From Emiliania huxleyi CCMP1516 (Eukaryota), in the NCBI RefSeq assembly GCF_000372725.1, contig NW_005201192.1, positions 248,001 through 312,000 of the forward strand: a stretch of DNA of 64,000 nucleotides. The letters are read 5' to 3'. The translations under genes were made by a program, and so were the position numbers. Of the stretch, positions 23,234-33,789 are shown piece by piece. Within the stretch, counting starts at the first letter, position 1, and each line of letters begins with the position of its first letter. The notes beneath the pieces were generated by a model, which did not search any database, was not told where the DNA came from, and saw only the letters and a program-made list of their open reading frames with translations.

Positions 23234-23506
23234 CGGGTTCAGAGAGAGTGATTCGCACGAAGCGATTCGCATAATTCACAGATTTTTTTGAGAGCGCCTT
23301 TTTTATTATCGCCGCCAGTCTCGGATCCCGAAGCGAGAAGACGCGCGCAACTGTGCGGTGAGAGAACGCGCGCTCAAGGACGCTATCGCGAAAGCGCCGC
23401 CGCCTACATCGCGACAAGAAATCTCTCTGCCATCGCGTCGCGTCGTTTATAGATTGATTTGCAGCCTTGTGTGTGAAAGAAAAACCCATGCTCCCGAGAT
23501 ACATCC

Positions 23507-24520
23507 ATGCCTCTGCTCGTGTTCACGGCCATTGCCCTGGCCGCCCGCGGCGCGCCCCACCGCCCGCAGCTATGCTCCACGCTCAGGCGGGCGGCACAGC
23601 CAACTATGCTGCACGCAACGGACCCCAGCCTGCTCGACGTGAGCGCCGTCGTAGCGCATGCTCAAGTGCTCATTAATGCACAAGTGGCCTCCCTGGCAAA
23701 CCTGCAAACGTCTGGCATCTACTCGCACGCGGCGTCCTCGCCCTTCTGCTCCATGCTCGGCGTCTGCCCGCCGCCGCCTCCGCTCTGCTCGGCGTTTGGC
23801 ATCGGCTGCCCCGCTCAACATAGCGGGCACCCCGACCTGGCGAGCGCTCTTTCCTCGGCGTACCACGGGGCCCTCGAGCAGCACTACTACTCGACGACGG
23901 CGGCGCAGGCCTTTGCGCTCGTCGGTGCGGGCGACGCGCTGTCTCAGGCGATCGAGAGGCGCGGCGGCGGAGGAGGAGAGTACGACCCGGCGAGGACGGT
24001 GCGGATGGCGGTCCTCGGACTGCTGATCGGCGGGCTGGGCACCGCTTGCTGGCTGCGCCACCTCGAGGCGGCGCTGCCCGGGCACGACTCTGCGGCGAGG
24101 GTCCTCCAAAAGGCGGCGCTCGACGCGTGTGTCTGGGCGCCGTTGGCAAACAGCGGGTACCTCGTCCTCACGCCGCTGCTCGAGGGGAGGAGGCCGGAGG
24201 AGGTTGCGTCGATGGTGCGTGCCCGCTTCGTGCCGGTGATGCGGACCGAGCTCTGCACCTTCTTCCCCTACAACCTCGTCTCCTTCTCGGCGGTGCGGAG
24301 GCGTAGCCGAGATGCCGCCGAGCAGCAGCGTCCTCCCCCCCCCTTCTCGGCGGTGCTGCTCTCTGTTGACGCCTCGGGTTGCGAGCAGGTGCCGCCGCTG
24401 CTGCGCCCCTTCTCCACCGGCTTCGTCTCGATGTGCTTCGCCGTCTACATCTCGTGGATCACGCACAGGCGAGAGGCCATGACTACGCGCGAGCAGCAGC
24501 AGGCGGAGGCCACGGGGTGA
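23507..24520 (+). CDS. Mpv17/PMP22 family membrane protein, with one intron at about 24293-24388
   Basis: GAGDALSQAIE..YDPARTVRMA, VLQKAALDACVWAP, FFPYNLVSFSA|VPPLLRP; N-terminal targeting peptide. Confidence 0.9.
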   Translation: MPLLVFTAIALAARGAPHRPQLCSTLRRAAQPTMLHATDPSLLDVSAVVAHAQVLINAQVASLANLQTSGIYSHAASSPFCSMLGVCPPPPPLCSAFGIGCPAQHSGHPDLASALSSAYHGALEQHYYSTTAAQAFALVGAGDALSQAIERRGGGGGEYDPARTVRMAVLGLLIGGLGTACWLRHLEAALPGHDSAARVLQKAALDACVWAPLANSGYLVLTPLLEGRRPEEVASMVRARFVPVMRTELCTFFPYNLVSFSAVRRRSRDAAEQQRPPPPFSAVLLSVDASGCEQVPPLLRPFSTGFVSMCFAVYISWITHRREAMTTREQQQAEATG

Positions 24521-25258
24521 ACGGTGGAGAGGCGCAGCTCAGAGGCGCCGGCTCTCGCGTCGCGGAGACGCCGGAGATACGACGCTGCGCCAGAGATTGA
24601 GCGCGCCCTACGTAGCGCGCGCCCCGCCTGGCGGGCCTCGTACAATCATGCACTTAGGTGAGAAATGGATGAGACACACCACATGGATGTTGACAGGATC
24701 GGATCCGATTGCTCCTCTCTGCGTTAGGGCCATCTTACATGCACTGACTTACTCTGGCGCGGCCGGCCCCCCCCAGTGCGCATGCCTGTGCGGGAGCAGC
24801 CTCTTCAGCGCCTGGGCGACACATGAATGTCCGCATGTTTCTTCTGGTTCTGCCCTTTTTCAATTCTCGTTTTGTCTTTTGATTTTTTGTGTGCGGAGGT
24901 GCGGCGGCGCCGGCGCCGGCGGTTGAAGATGAAGTCGCATACGAAGTAACTTTTGCATGGCATGCCGTGTAGGCTGTAGCGAGAGAAGCGAGACGCGGGA
25001 GTGGCAATAAGCAATACAATCATGTAAGAGGGACGGCGATGCGCATGTAACCGATAGAACCTCACGTAGAGCCGTAAGAGAAACTTGAGTATAATCGGCA
25101 CCGCGGGCGCGCGGCCCGCGGCAAACCGGCATGCGCGATATGCGGAGGCCCGGGAGGGGGGCACGCTCCTGGGACACACATGTAACATGTAGACATATGG
25201 GCGCGCACTAACGGCCTCAGGGACGGCGTCAGCGGTACGCGGGAGCGGCCGCGCTCCT

Positions 25259-25765
25259 CTACGAACCCAGCCTGCGGCTGTCGACGTAGACCGCCTTGAT
25301 TGGCTCCATCGCCTTGATGAGCTCCTCGTCCGAGCGCTCGGCGAGCACGGGCCACCGGTCGCGTATCGCTGGCCAGAGCTCGTCAGGAACGGGCAGCGCA
25401 CGCTCGCTGCGGAGCATGACAAAATAGGTCATCGGGAGAGGAGGGTAGCCGTCATTGAAGAGCGACTTTGGTGCGTCCTCGCGGATGGTGAAGCGGTCGG
25501 CGTAGGACGGTGCGTCGGCCAAATTGGGGTAGAGCCGTCCGGGAGCCTCGTCGCTAACGCTGGCCTCCTTGAGCGCCGCCAGCTCTGCCGTCGATAAGTC
25601 ACACGGGTTCGCAACGTCGCCAATGATCTCGTCGACAGTCTCCTTTTTGAAGAGCGAGTCGAGAAAGCCGAGACGGACAGCTGCGCGCGCGGGCGCCGCC
25701 GTGAATGCGGCGCGAGGGCCGGTCGGCGCAAGCGCGGTGACGAAGAGAGCGACCCCGACAATCAT
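25259..25765 (-). CDS. Hypothetical plastid-targeted protein
   Basis: Bipartite-like leader MIVGVALFVTALAP...AAVRLGFLDSLF followed by a globular-looking sequence; intronless. Confidence 0.6.
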   Translation of the reverse strand: MIVGVALFVTALAPTGPRAAFTAAPARAAVRLGFLDSLFKKETVDEIIGDVANPCDLSTAELAALKEASVSDEAPGRLYPNLADAPSYADRFTIREDAPKSLFNDGYPPLPMTYFVMLRSERALPVPDELWPAIRDRWPVLAERSDEELIKAMEPIKAVYVDSRRLGS

Positions 25766-25971
25766 TGCAGCCCGGAACCTGGTCGCCACGGTGCGCTTCT
25801 GTAGCTCCCTGGTCCTGGCGCCCAGGGGGCCGGTTGATGACGCACTCCAGCCGGCTGTTTTTCTTCCTTTCCGGCCTGATCACGACGCAAGCATTACCGT
25901 CACACATCCACCTCAGTGAGATAAACTCGCCCTCCAGAGCAGACTGGCGCAAGGCGACACGCGGCCGGGGC

Positions 25972-28329
25972 TCAAAGCAGAATCTTGTACTTCTCTGACG
26001 GCGGCACGTGGTTGACGACCACTTTGCCGTCGAGCGAGAGGGAGGCGAAGATCCACGCGTCGGCGGCGGACCTGCTCGGATCGGCGTGCGGCGTGTCGAG
26101 GCGCGCGTGTGCGGCGGTGCGACGCACAGTCTCCTTCTCGGACGGCGCACCAGACGGCTCCAAAGACGGACTGCTCGTGGTCGGTGTATGGCCGCACGAT
26201 GCCGTCCGCCTCGACCTCGGACGGGTCGGCCTCCTGTTCACGGCTGCAGCGTGTGAAGAGGGCCGGATCGCGGCGCGGCTGTCCGGAGCGGCAGCGCCCT
26301 CTCCTCGTAGTCGAGGCTGGGCGGCGCAGACGAGATCGCGGCGGCGCGCCACAGCTTGACCTGGCTCTTAATTAAATGAATGGAATGAATTACTTTAATT
26401 AATTAGCCGCGCCACAGCTTGACCTGGCTGTCGGTGCCGCACGAGAGGAGGAGCTGGTCGTGGAAGCGGTTGTACGTCGCGGAGGTGACCCAGTGGGCGT
26501 GCGCGAGCAGCGAGAGCACCTGCGCGCGCAACGGGCGAGGGCGGGCCTCTCTCGGCATCGCGACGCCCTCCACGGCGGCGATGCTTGAGGCGGCGTCGCG
26601 TGAGGAAGCGTGGCGTGCGGCGGCGCGGCGGAGTGGACAGCGCGTGTGCCGTGAGACGGGACAAGGCACCGGCGTGAGCGGCTTGCGCAAGTCCCAGACC
26701 TTGACGTGGTAGTCGTCGCCTGCCGTGGACGTGTCGTGGACGAGTCAGTGGCGTGTCGCGGCCTGGCGGAAGGCGCGCCTGCGTGCTGCTCGCCAGAGGA
26801 GAGGAGCGTGTTTGGCTTGTTCGGGTTGTAGTCGAGACCGCGCACCTGCGGGGGGCGGGCCGCTGATCACCACGCCGCTGATCACCCCGCTGCTCACCAC
26901 TCCGCTGCTCGCCACGCCGCTGCTCACCACGCCGCTGCTCACCACGCCGCTGCCCCGCTGCCGGCGAGGCGGGCGGCGACCCCGCTGCCGGGACGCGGCA
27001 GCGCGGGGCAGAGTGCCGAGTCTACGGGCTGGGGTGCTGGGGTGCTGGGGTGCTGGGGTGCCACGAGGGGGTGCTGGGGGCGGTGGTGGTTGCTGTGGCT
27101 GAGGTGGTCGCTCTGGCTGAGCTGTGGCTGTGGTGGCTGGCGGTGCTTCGGCGCCGGCTGCTCGTGCGCGTCTGCGACGGCGACGGCGCTCTTCATGGAG
27201 CGCCTAGAGGGAGGTTCCGACGAGGGTCAGGGGTCGAGGGTCAGGGGTCGGGCTCCCCGCAGAGGGTAGCTGCAGCTCGGCGTGTCGAGCGTGAGCAGGT
27301 CCGGCTATCTCTCGGAGGCTGTCTCTCGGCTATCTCTCGGCCATCTCTCGACCATCTCTCGGCCATCTCTCGGCCATCTCTAGACTATCTCTCAGCTATC
27401 TCTCGGCCATCTCTCGGCTATCTCTCGGCCATCTCTCGGCCATCTCTCGGCTATCTCTCGGCTATCTCTCGCGTGTCGAGCGTGAGCAGGTCCGACTCGC
27501 AGGCGAGAGCGAGGGCGTGCGCGTGGTGCGGGTCCCACCGGCCGCAGCCGAAGGAACCCTCCTCGCGCGGCGACGGCGCGGCGCCGCTCTCGCTCGCGGA
27601 CGAGGCCGCGGCTGCGTGCGAAAGGCTCCACAGCCGGACGGTGCCGCGGTGGAGCGAGGCGACCTGTGGCGAGGGGCGTGCGGTTGGGCGGCGGCGGGGT
27701 GAGTTGGACGGGGCGGAGGTCCGACTCCATCGCAGCTACTCTGCCGCAGCTGCTCCACCGCAGCTTCTCTGCCGCTCCGCTTCTACTCTCCGGCGGCTAG
27801 CCCCGCCGCCGCCTGCTCGGGCAGCACCGGGTTCCACAGCACGTCGACCGAGTCGCCGAGCGCGCAAGGGCCGCCGAGCTGCAGCAGCTCGGCCAGCGGC
27901 GCCGGCGCGGGGGCGCCGCGGTGGCCCGCCTCGGGCGCCGCCTCCCGCTCCGCCAGCCTGTCCATGCGGTAGAGGCTCGTCCGCTGCTCGGCGCCGTCCG
28001 ACGATGTGGCGAGCACCAGCTGGACGTGCTCGGGCGCGGGGCAGCAGGCGACGCCCCAGACCTCGTGCGGCAGTGCGTACACGAGCGGGCACCACACCTC
28101 GTTCGTGTCCTCGTTGAACTCGACCACGTGCAGCTCGTTCTGCCCGCGCAGCACCAACGTCGCCGCGACAAACGTGTTCCGGTCCGTATCACCCTCAAGG
28201 GCGGCTATGCAGCGCGCCTGCTTCTTGAGATCATAGGAGGCGGTCCCGGTCTCGAAGGGCAGCCTGTGGCGCGAGGGGCGCGCAGTGAGCGGTGAGCCGG
28301 AGGAGCTGCAGAGTGTGCGAAGCGCGCAT
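25972..28329 (-). CDS. EIPR1: EIPR1/TSSC1-like WD40 protein, multi-exon
   Basis: YDLKKQARCIAA..FVAATLVLRGQNELHVVEF, LDYNPNKP..SSG, DDYHVKVWDLRKP, HAHWVTSATYNRFHDQLLLSCGTDSQVKLW, HEQSVFGAVW, WIFASLSLDGKVVVNHVPPSEKYKILL. Confidence 0.9.
27304..27470. repeat. Intronic 11-bp satellite (C(T/C)ATCTCTCGG)n
   Basis: About 15 tandem units; the same GCCGAGA(GA)T family occurs at 30680-30731, near 24305 and near 36835. Confidence 0.95.
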
Positions 28330-28752
28330 GTTGTGTTTGCGAGAGCGAAAAGAATTAAATCGTACCTTTGGATCTCCGTCCTGTGGACCTTGCAGCGAGA
28401 ATCGGCGAGAGACTGCGAAGAGAGATAGGAAGAGGCAGACTCCCTAGGGTGGGCGACGGATAGCGCACCACACACCGCTCTGTGTCTTGATTTGCCAACA
28501 ACATACCTAAAACACACCTCTCCTTAAAATCCCTGTGTGGTGGCGGCGTGCCGTCCTCCCATCCCTCCCTTGGGTTGTCTGTTTTCTTTCTTTCTTTTTT
28601 CCTGTCGAGCTGTTCTTGCCGCACGTCTCTTCCTGTCTTGCGGAATCGACGCTCGATTCGTGCGTGCCCTCTTTCTTTTCCCCCCGTACCTGTTGCCGAT
28701 CCCAGCAGCACTCGGATTCGAGAGAGAGATTTTCGGTGTGTGGTTTTTTTGC

Positions 28753-29119
28753 TGGCCGGGTATCATGCCGGGGTAGGTAGGGTAGGGTCTCGGCCCTCCC
28801 GTCGGGTTTTTCCCTCTCTCACGCCGGAATTTTCACAGCAGAAAAAGAATTTTCCGCTTAAATCACGATGTCAACCCTCCCCAAGTCGTTGATCTGGTGC
28901 TTGTAGGGCTTGAGAGTGGCCTGCCATGTCACAGGAAGGACTGTGGTTGCAGGATAGTACCACCAGCCATCACTTTAGTTGGTATAGTACCCCACCTTCA
29001 CCCATCCCGTGATTTCTTTTTTAGTTTCCCATAAGTAAGGTAGGTAGGTAGGTAGGTAGGTAGGGGCAGGGCAGGGGCCGGTTAGGTTTTTGCAGAATTT
29101 CAGCATGATACCCGGCCAA
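28753..29119. mobile_element. Probable MITE/foldback remnant with a (GTAG)n core
   Basis: 16-bp inverted repeat TGGCCGGGTATCATGC (28753-28768) / GCATGATACCCGGCCA (29103-29118); the right end reads GGCCAA; no TSD found. Confidence 0.6.
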
Positions 29120-29580
29120 GCAAAATCCAAAAAACTACACCCCGGAGATTTTTAGCCATTTGTTTGAGAGAGAGAGATTTTTATTAACCAATTCTTAACC
29201 AATTCTTCTCTTTGTTTGTCGGATTCGACGGGCCAAGCTCGGCTGGGCGGAGGTGGAGGCAGCCATCAGGGTTCCGGCTCCCAGCCAGATAGGGGGTCTG
29301 TTGCCACTGAGTCGCGCCAAAACGCCCTACCTACCTACCTATTGCGGGCGCCAACCGCCAGGCTCCGTGCCCCACCTACCTACCTATTCGCTATTGCGGG
29401 GCCGCCGGGGGGCCGCGCAGCGAAGCGAAAAATACCCGTCCCGAGTTCTGTGAATAGGCGCCGCCTCCGCACCCGTCTCGGCTGGCGTCCCAGCCGCAGG
29501 CGACACGTCTGGCATGGCCCCGTTCGCGGCTAAACGCGCGCGTCTCCCGCGCGCGAGACGCGCTTTTTTTACACCCCCCC

Positions 29581-29763
29581 CAGGGTTCCAACTTTTTCCG
29601 GGGTATGGTATGGTAGGGTCGCGCATGCCAGCTCAAGACCATACCCCCCCGCCTGCTGGCAGACCTGCTTGGGGGTATGGTAGGGCTAGTCTTGGGCGGG
29701 CAGGACCATACCCCCTACCCCTTTGGTACGACATACCATACCCCGGAAAAAGTTGGAACCCTG
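29581..29763. mobile_element. 183-bp MITE with CAGGG (hAT-like) termini
   Basis: Perfect 32-bp TIR CAGGGTTCCAACTTTTTCCGGGGTATGGTATG (29581-29612, 29732-29763); no TSD preserved. Confidence 0.75.
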
Positions 29764-29839
29764 GGCCGGCCGTCGCTCGGCCCAACCTCGGGCGCGAAGC
29801 CTTCTCGCGCCTCACCACCCCGCCTCTCGCCGCGGCGCG

Positions 29840-31266
29840 ATGTGCGCCTCGCCCAGGACGCCTCCCGAGCTGAACATACCTCCGGCGTCGGCCTTCCGGG
29901 CCGCCCCTCGGCCGTCTCGCGCGGCCTCCTCCCCGGACGTGCGCGAAGGGGAGGGCCGCAAGCGCCGCAACTCGACGCCCGACGTGCTCAGCTCCAACAT
30001 GCTGATCGCGTACTTCCAGCGCTTCTCTGCCGTCGCCGTCATCTCGTCGGTGGTGCTGGCCCTGCTCGCAGTCATGCCCACCATCATCCTCTGCGTGCAC
30101 GGGCTCGTCCTCCATCTCGGAGGCTGCCCCGACGGTAAGCGCGACGAGACGCTCACCGGGTGCGGGCTCCTGCCGACGGGCTTCGCCTCGACGGGCACCA
30201 TCTCGTGCGTCGCGTCGAGCTTCGACACGCCGCAGGGCCGCGTCTTCTTCGGCTGCATGCTCCTCTCCTCCATCACCCTCTTCATCTCGCAGTTTCCGTT
30301 TTGGCTGCCCCGCCGGCCCGTCTGGCGCCTCCGCCAGCCCGCGAGCAGCCACCCCTGGCTCGACGAGATGGAGGGGCGGAACCGCTTCATCTGGCTCTTC
30401 GCCGGCTCGCTCTTCATGGCGGTCGTGAGCATGGTCAACGTGCCGCACGACCGGCTGCTCGGCTACAACATCGTCCCCTCCGCGATCCACATGGGAGGCT
30501 TCCTGTCCGGGATCGGGGTGCCGCCCCCCCCCCCCCCCCCGGCCGCCCTCCCTCTCGCGGCGCGTCGCCTCCTCACCCCCTCACCCCCTCACTCCCTCCC
30601 CCCTCCCCCCGGGCAGGTGCTTCTCTTCATGGAGTTTTACCACCTCCACTTTGTCGAGCTCGCCTTCCTCCGCTGGCGAGAGATGGCCGAGAGATGGCCG
30701 AGATGAAGCCGAGATGAAGCCGAGATACAGCCGAGCTCGCCCTCCTCCGCTGGCGAACTCCCCTTCCCCGCCCACGGCCCGCCGCAGCCGCTCTCTCGGA
30801 CCGCCCCTTGCACCGAGCTCCTAGGCCGCCCTACCGGCTCTGGCGCGGCGCCGAGCTGCCCGCGTGGGTCGAGCGGGGCGGGCAGAACCCGCGCGAGCTC
30901 GGCGAGCTGAAGTGGGACCAGCGCTGGCGGTGCGCGCTCTGGACCGCCGGGATGGGCTCGTGCGCTGCGCTTGTCGCGCTGCAGACGCCGCTCGCGCTCG
31001 CAGCCTCCTTCGACAGCGTGCACTTCTTGATAGCCTGCGGCTCCGTCTTCGCCGAGGGGATGGTCGGGCTCTGCGTCTACGGCGGCCTCTTCGTCCTCGC
31101 GGTGTGGCGGCTGCAGGTCGTGCGCAGGGCCGAGGGGCGGCGGTCGCCCCACTATGAGGACCGGGCGGAGGACGAGCTGCCAGCCGCGCAGCTCTCCTCC
31201 CCGCACCGCATGTCGTCCGAGTCGCTGCGCGCTCTCGCGAGCCAGCGAAGGAACAAGGTCGACTAG
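29840..31266 (+). CDS. Multi-pass membrane protein (loosely Frag1/DRAM-like), 3 exons
   Basis: Several hydrophobic helices, TISCVASSFDTPQGRVFF and AIHMGGF; introns at about 30519-30616 and 30676-30824. Confidence 0.65.
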
Positions 31267-31825
31267 CCCGGTTGTCGTGTCGCCGTGCAGGCTGGTTGGC
31301 GGAGCAGTCGCGGCTCGCATTAGTTTGGGGAGCCCCTGCGCGGGAGAACAACGAAAAAGTGCTTTTGTGGCACTCTGTGCCGTCGTTTAATACTCTACTA
31401 ACTTTTGATCTGTGCGTTTCTGTGTGTTTGTCACAGTTGTATATTCGCATTTGTCGCGGAGCGAACATACGTCAAATGTCTCGGACAACGCTCCACAACC
31501 CCAGTCACACCCAAAGAGGCCAACAGTCAACCCCCGAGTCGCCGCCCGAGAGCTCGGCACTGATTGATGCACAGTCTGCGCGCACAGAGCTAGATGTAGA
31601 ACGCACGGGCGGGGTTCCTTTTTACCCATCTCCTAGTAGACGTCAGTTTTCTTTATTTAGCTCACAACTCTCCGAATCTCGACCCGCGGTCGGCTCGGGG
31701 AGGCGGGAGCTCGGTCGCTCGCGCATCTCACGTCATCTCGCGGCACGCGGGTCGTCGGCCCCCCGCTAGCAGGTGCTCGGACAGCCGTGACATAGAACCG
31801 TGGCTTGAAGTCGACCGCGTCGCTT

Positions 31826-32623
31826 CACGCTTCGAGCTGCCCAAAAAGGGGGCTCCGACGAGTCGCCTCCCGAGCGAGGTCCACCTCCACCGGCACCTCC
31901 TCGAGCCCTGAGTAGAAAGAGAGCGGCTCAGGCGCCTACGGGCAACGGGCGCCGATCATGGACATGGTACAGCCAATCGTGACCGAATCATGTTTGGCCT
32001 CACCTTTCCGTCATTGGACGCGGGAGCGGGCTGACACCTACACACACCACGGAAAGGCAGGGCTCAGCTTCGTCACTCTTCGCTGGCTGCTCGATCAACG
32101 AGCATTATGCACGGTCTCTCAACAGCCACCCAGCTCTCTGGAAGAGGAATTGGGGACGACTCTGGCGCTGCAGTGGGAGAGTATTCGGAGGTTAGGAGCT
32201 TGTCCGTTGGCTCTAGCACTTGCTTTGAGGGCTCGCTCCGATCCTCGATGAACCAGGCCTTGGATCTAGCTGCGCTGCCGTCGATGTTCCAAAGATACGT
32301 AGCGACAGCAAGCACCAGCGCACCGACACCCACAAGCAACGTGGTGGAGAGATCCTCGTCCGCTTCATGTTCGGCCGCGGTGCTGCTCTCGTTTGAATTT
32401 GCGTCCAAAGCTGACAAATTGTGATGTGCATTATGATGCGCACGATGAGGCACTGCTCCAAGCACGGTGGCAGTGAGGGGATGGAGGCTATGCCGCAGAA
32501 GAGCAGAGAGCGTAGAGGTAGACGCTGCAAGTTCGGCACGCAGGTGCTGCAGAAAGAGTACCGCCCGTCTCCGCGCCCGTGCGAGGTACGCAATGAAGGC
32601 GCGCGGCAGCAATGCGTTCCTCA
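31826..32623 (-). CDS. Hypothetical single-TM protein
   Basis: ORF with one TM segment (LLVGVGALVLAVATYLW); the 3' exons are uncertain. Confidence 0.35.
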
Positions 32624-33695
32624 TCGGCGGCGTGGCCGAAGCCAGTCCAAACTTCCAAACGCGGCCCGTGATTAACCACGAGTCACATGTTTTCTGGGCA
32701 CTGAGCACTGGGAAGGGTCGATTCCGCATGGTAGAGCTCTACGGGACCCCTCGATCGTCTCGCCCTCCCTCGCTGGTGTGTTCATTGGGGGGGGGGGGGG
32801 GTCATAAGCTCAAACAAACACGGCGCAGGATCAAGCGAGGATTGATTCGAGGTGGACGCTGCTGAGAAGCAGTGTCGTCCCCCCTCTCCATCGTCTCACT
32901 GGGAGACGGGGGTGATGGCGGTGTGACCGATCGAGCTACCAAGAGGAGCTTGTTCAGCAGGATCCGGGATAGTCCGATGCACTACCTCACTCTGGGCCTG
33001 AGACGCTGAGACCATCAACGACAGCATCCCCTGTCACCCCTTCCTCCGGATTTGCGTGGGGTCGAACCCGACCCCGGGATGGGCGCAAGCCCATTATTTT
33101 GAGTCACGTCAGGTCACGTGTCCTTTCACCTGTGAGAGGAAGCGGAGGGTGTGTGCCCTACTTTCGCCTCCATATGTTTTCTCTTAATGATATAAAAGAT
33201 CATGGATGATGGGGTAAACTCGCGCAAGAGGAAAGCGTTGGACAGGAAAGGAAAGAATCTTACACGATCTACTTGCAGTCACCCAAGTCCCCAGTTCTGG
33301 TCGAGAGTACACGATCTGGTCGAGAGGGGTAGGTGACCTGGGCCTCTCGGAACGGGCGGTGCAAGCGTGCGTCCAGATCGGCGTGTCACGCGCCAACGAT
33401 GCTCACGGCGACGCTAATCCCTTCCCCAAGCGCCCTCGCCGCCACGCCCCACGCGGGAACGAGGCGAGTTCATTATTTTTTTTCAGTGTATTTTTCTCTC
33501 TCTCAGTTAAGCATTTACGTACATTCCCGGAGGAGGACTGCTGACGGGGTTTGGGAGGGTAAGAAGATGAAAACTTCTAGGAAAGGGTTGGGGTCCAGCC
33601 CCGGGTTTGGGGTAGGGGGTATAGGGGGTAAGGGAGTCGGTCCCCACTGGGACGTCCGTTACACGCCCAAATCAGGGGGCAGGGGGGTAGGGTAT

Positions 33696-33740
33696 AAAGA
33701 AAGAAAGAAAACAGACACCCCAAGGGAGGGATGGGAGGAC
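33696..33740 (+). promoter_or_regulatory. Gene-proximal motif family A (representative copy)
   Basis: AAAGAAAGAAAGAAAACAGACACCCCAAGGGAGGGATGGGAGGAC; related copies at 5351, 8193, 9661, 19441 and 28535. The regulatory role is inferred from position only. Confidence 0.55.
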
Positions 33741-33789
33741 TTCACTGTGCTATTTTATTCGCGAGCGGTTTTCTTCCCCTTCTTGCCCG

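Noticed and set aside
26860..27135. 15-bp and GCTGGGGT-type tandem repeats read as coding (TTPLL repeats)
   Set aside because: They lie in inferred introns of the WD40 gene and are ordinary low-complexity intron filler.
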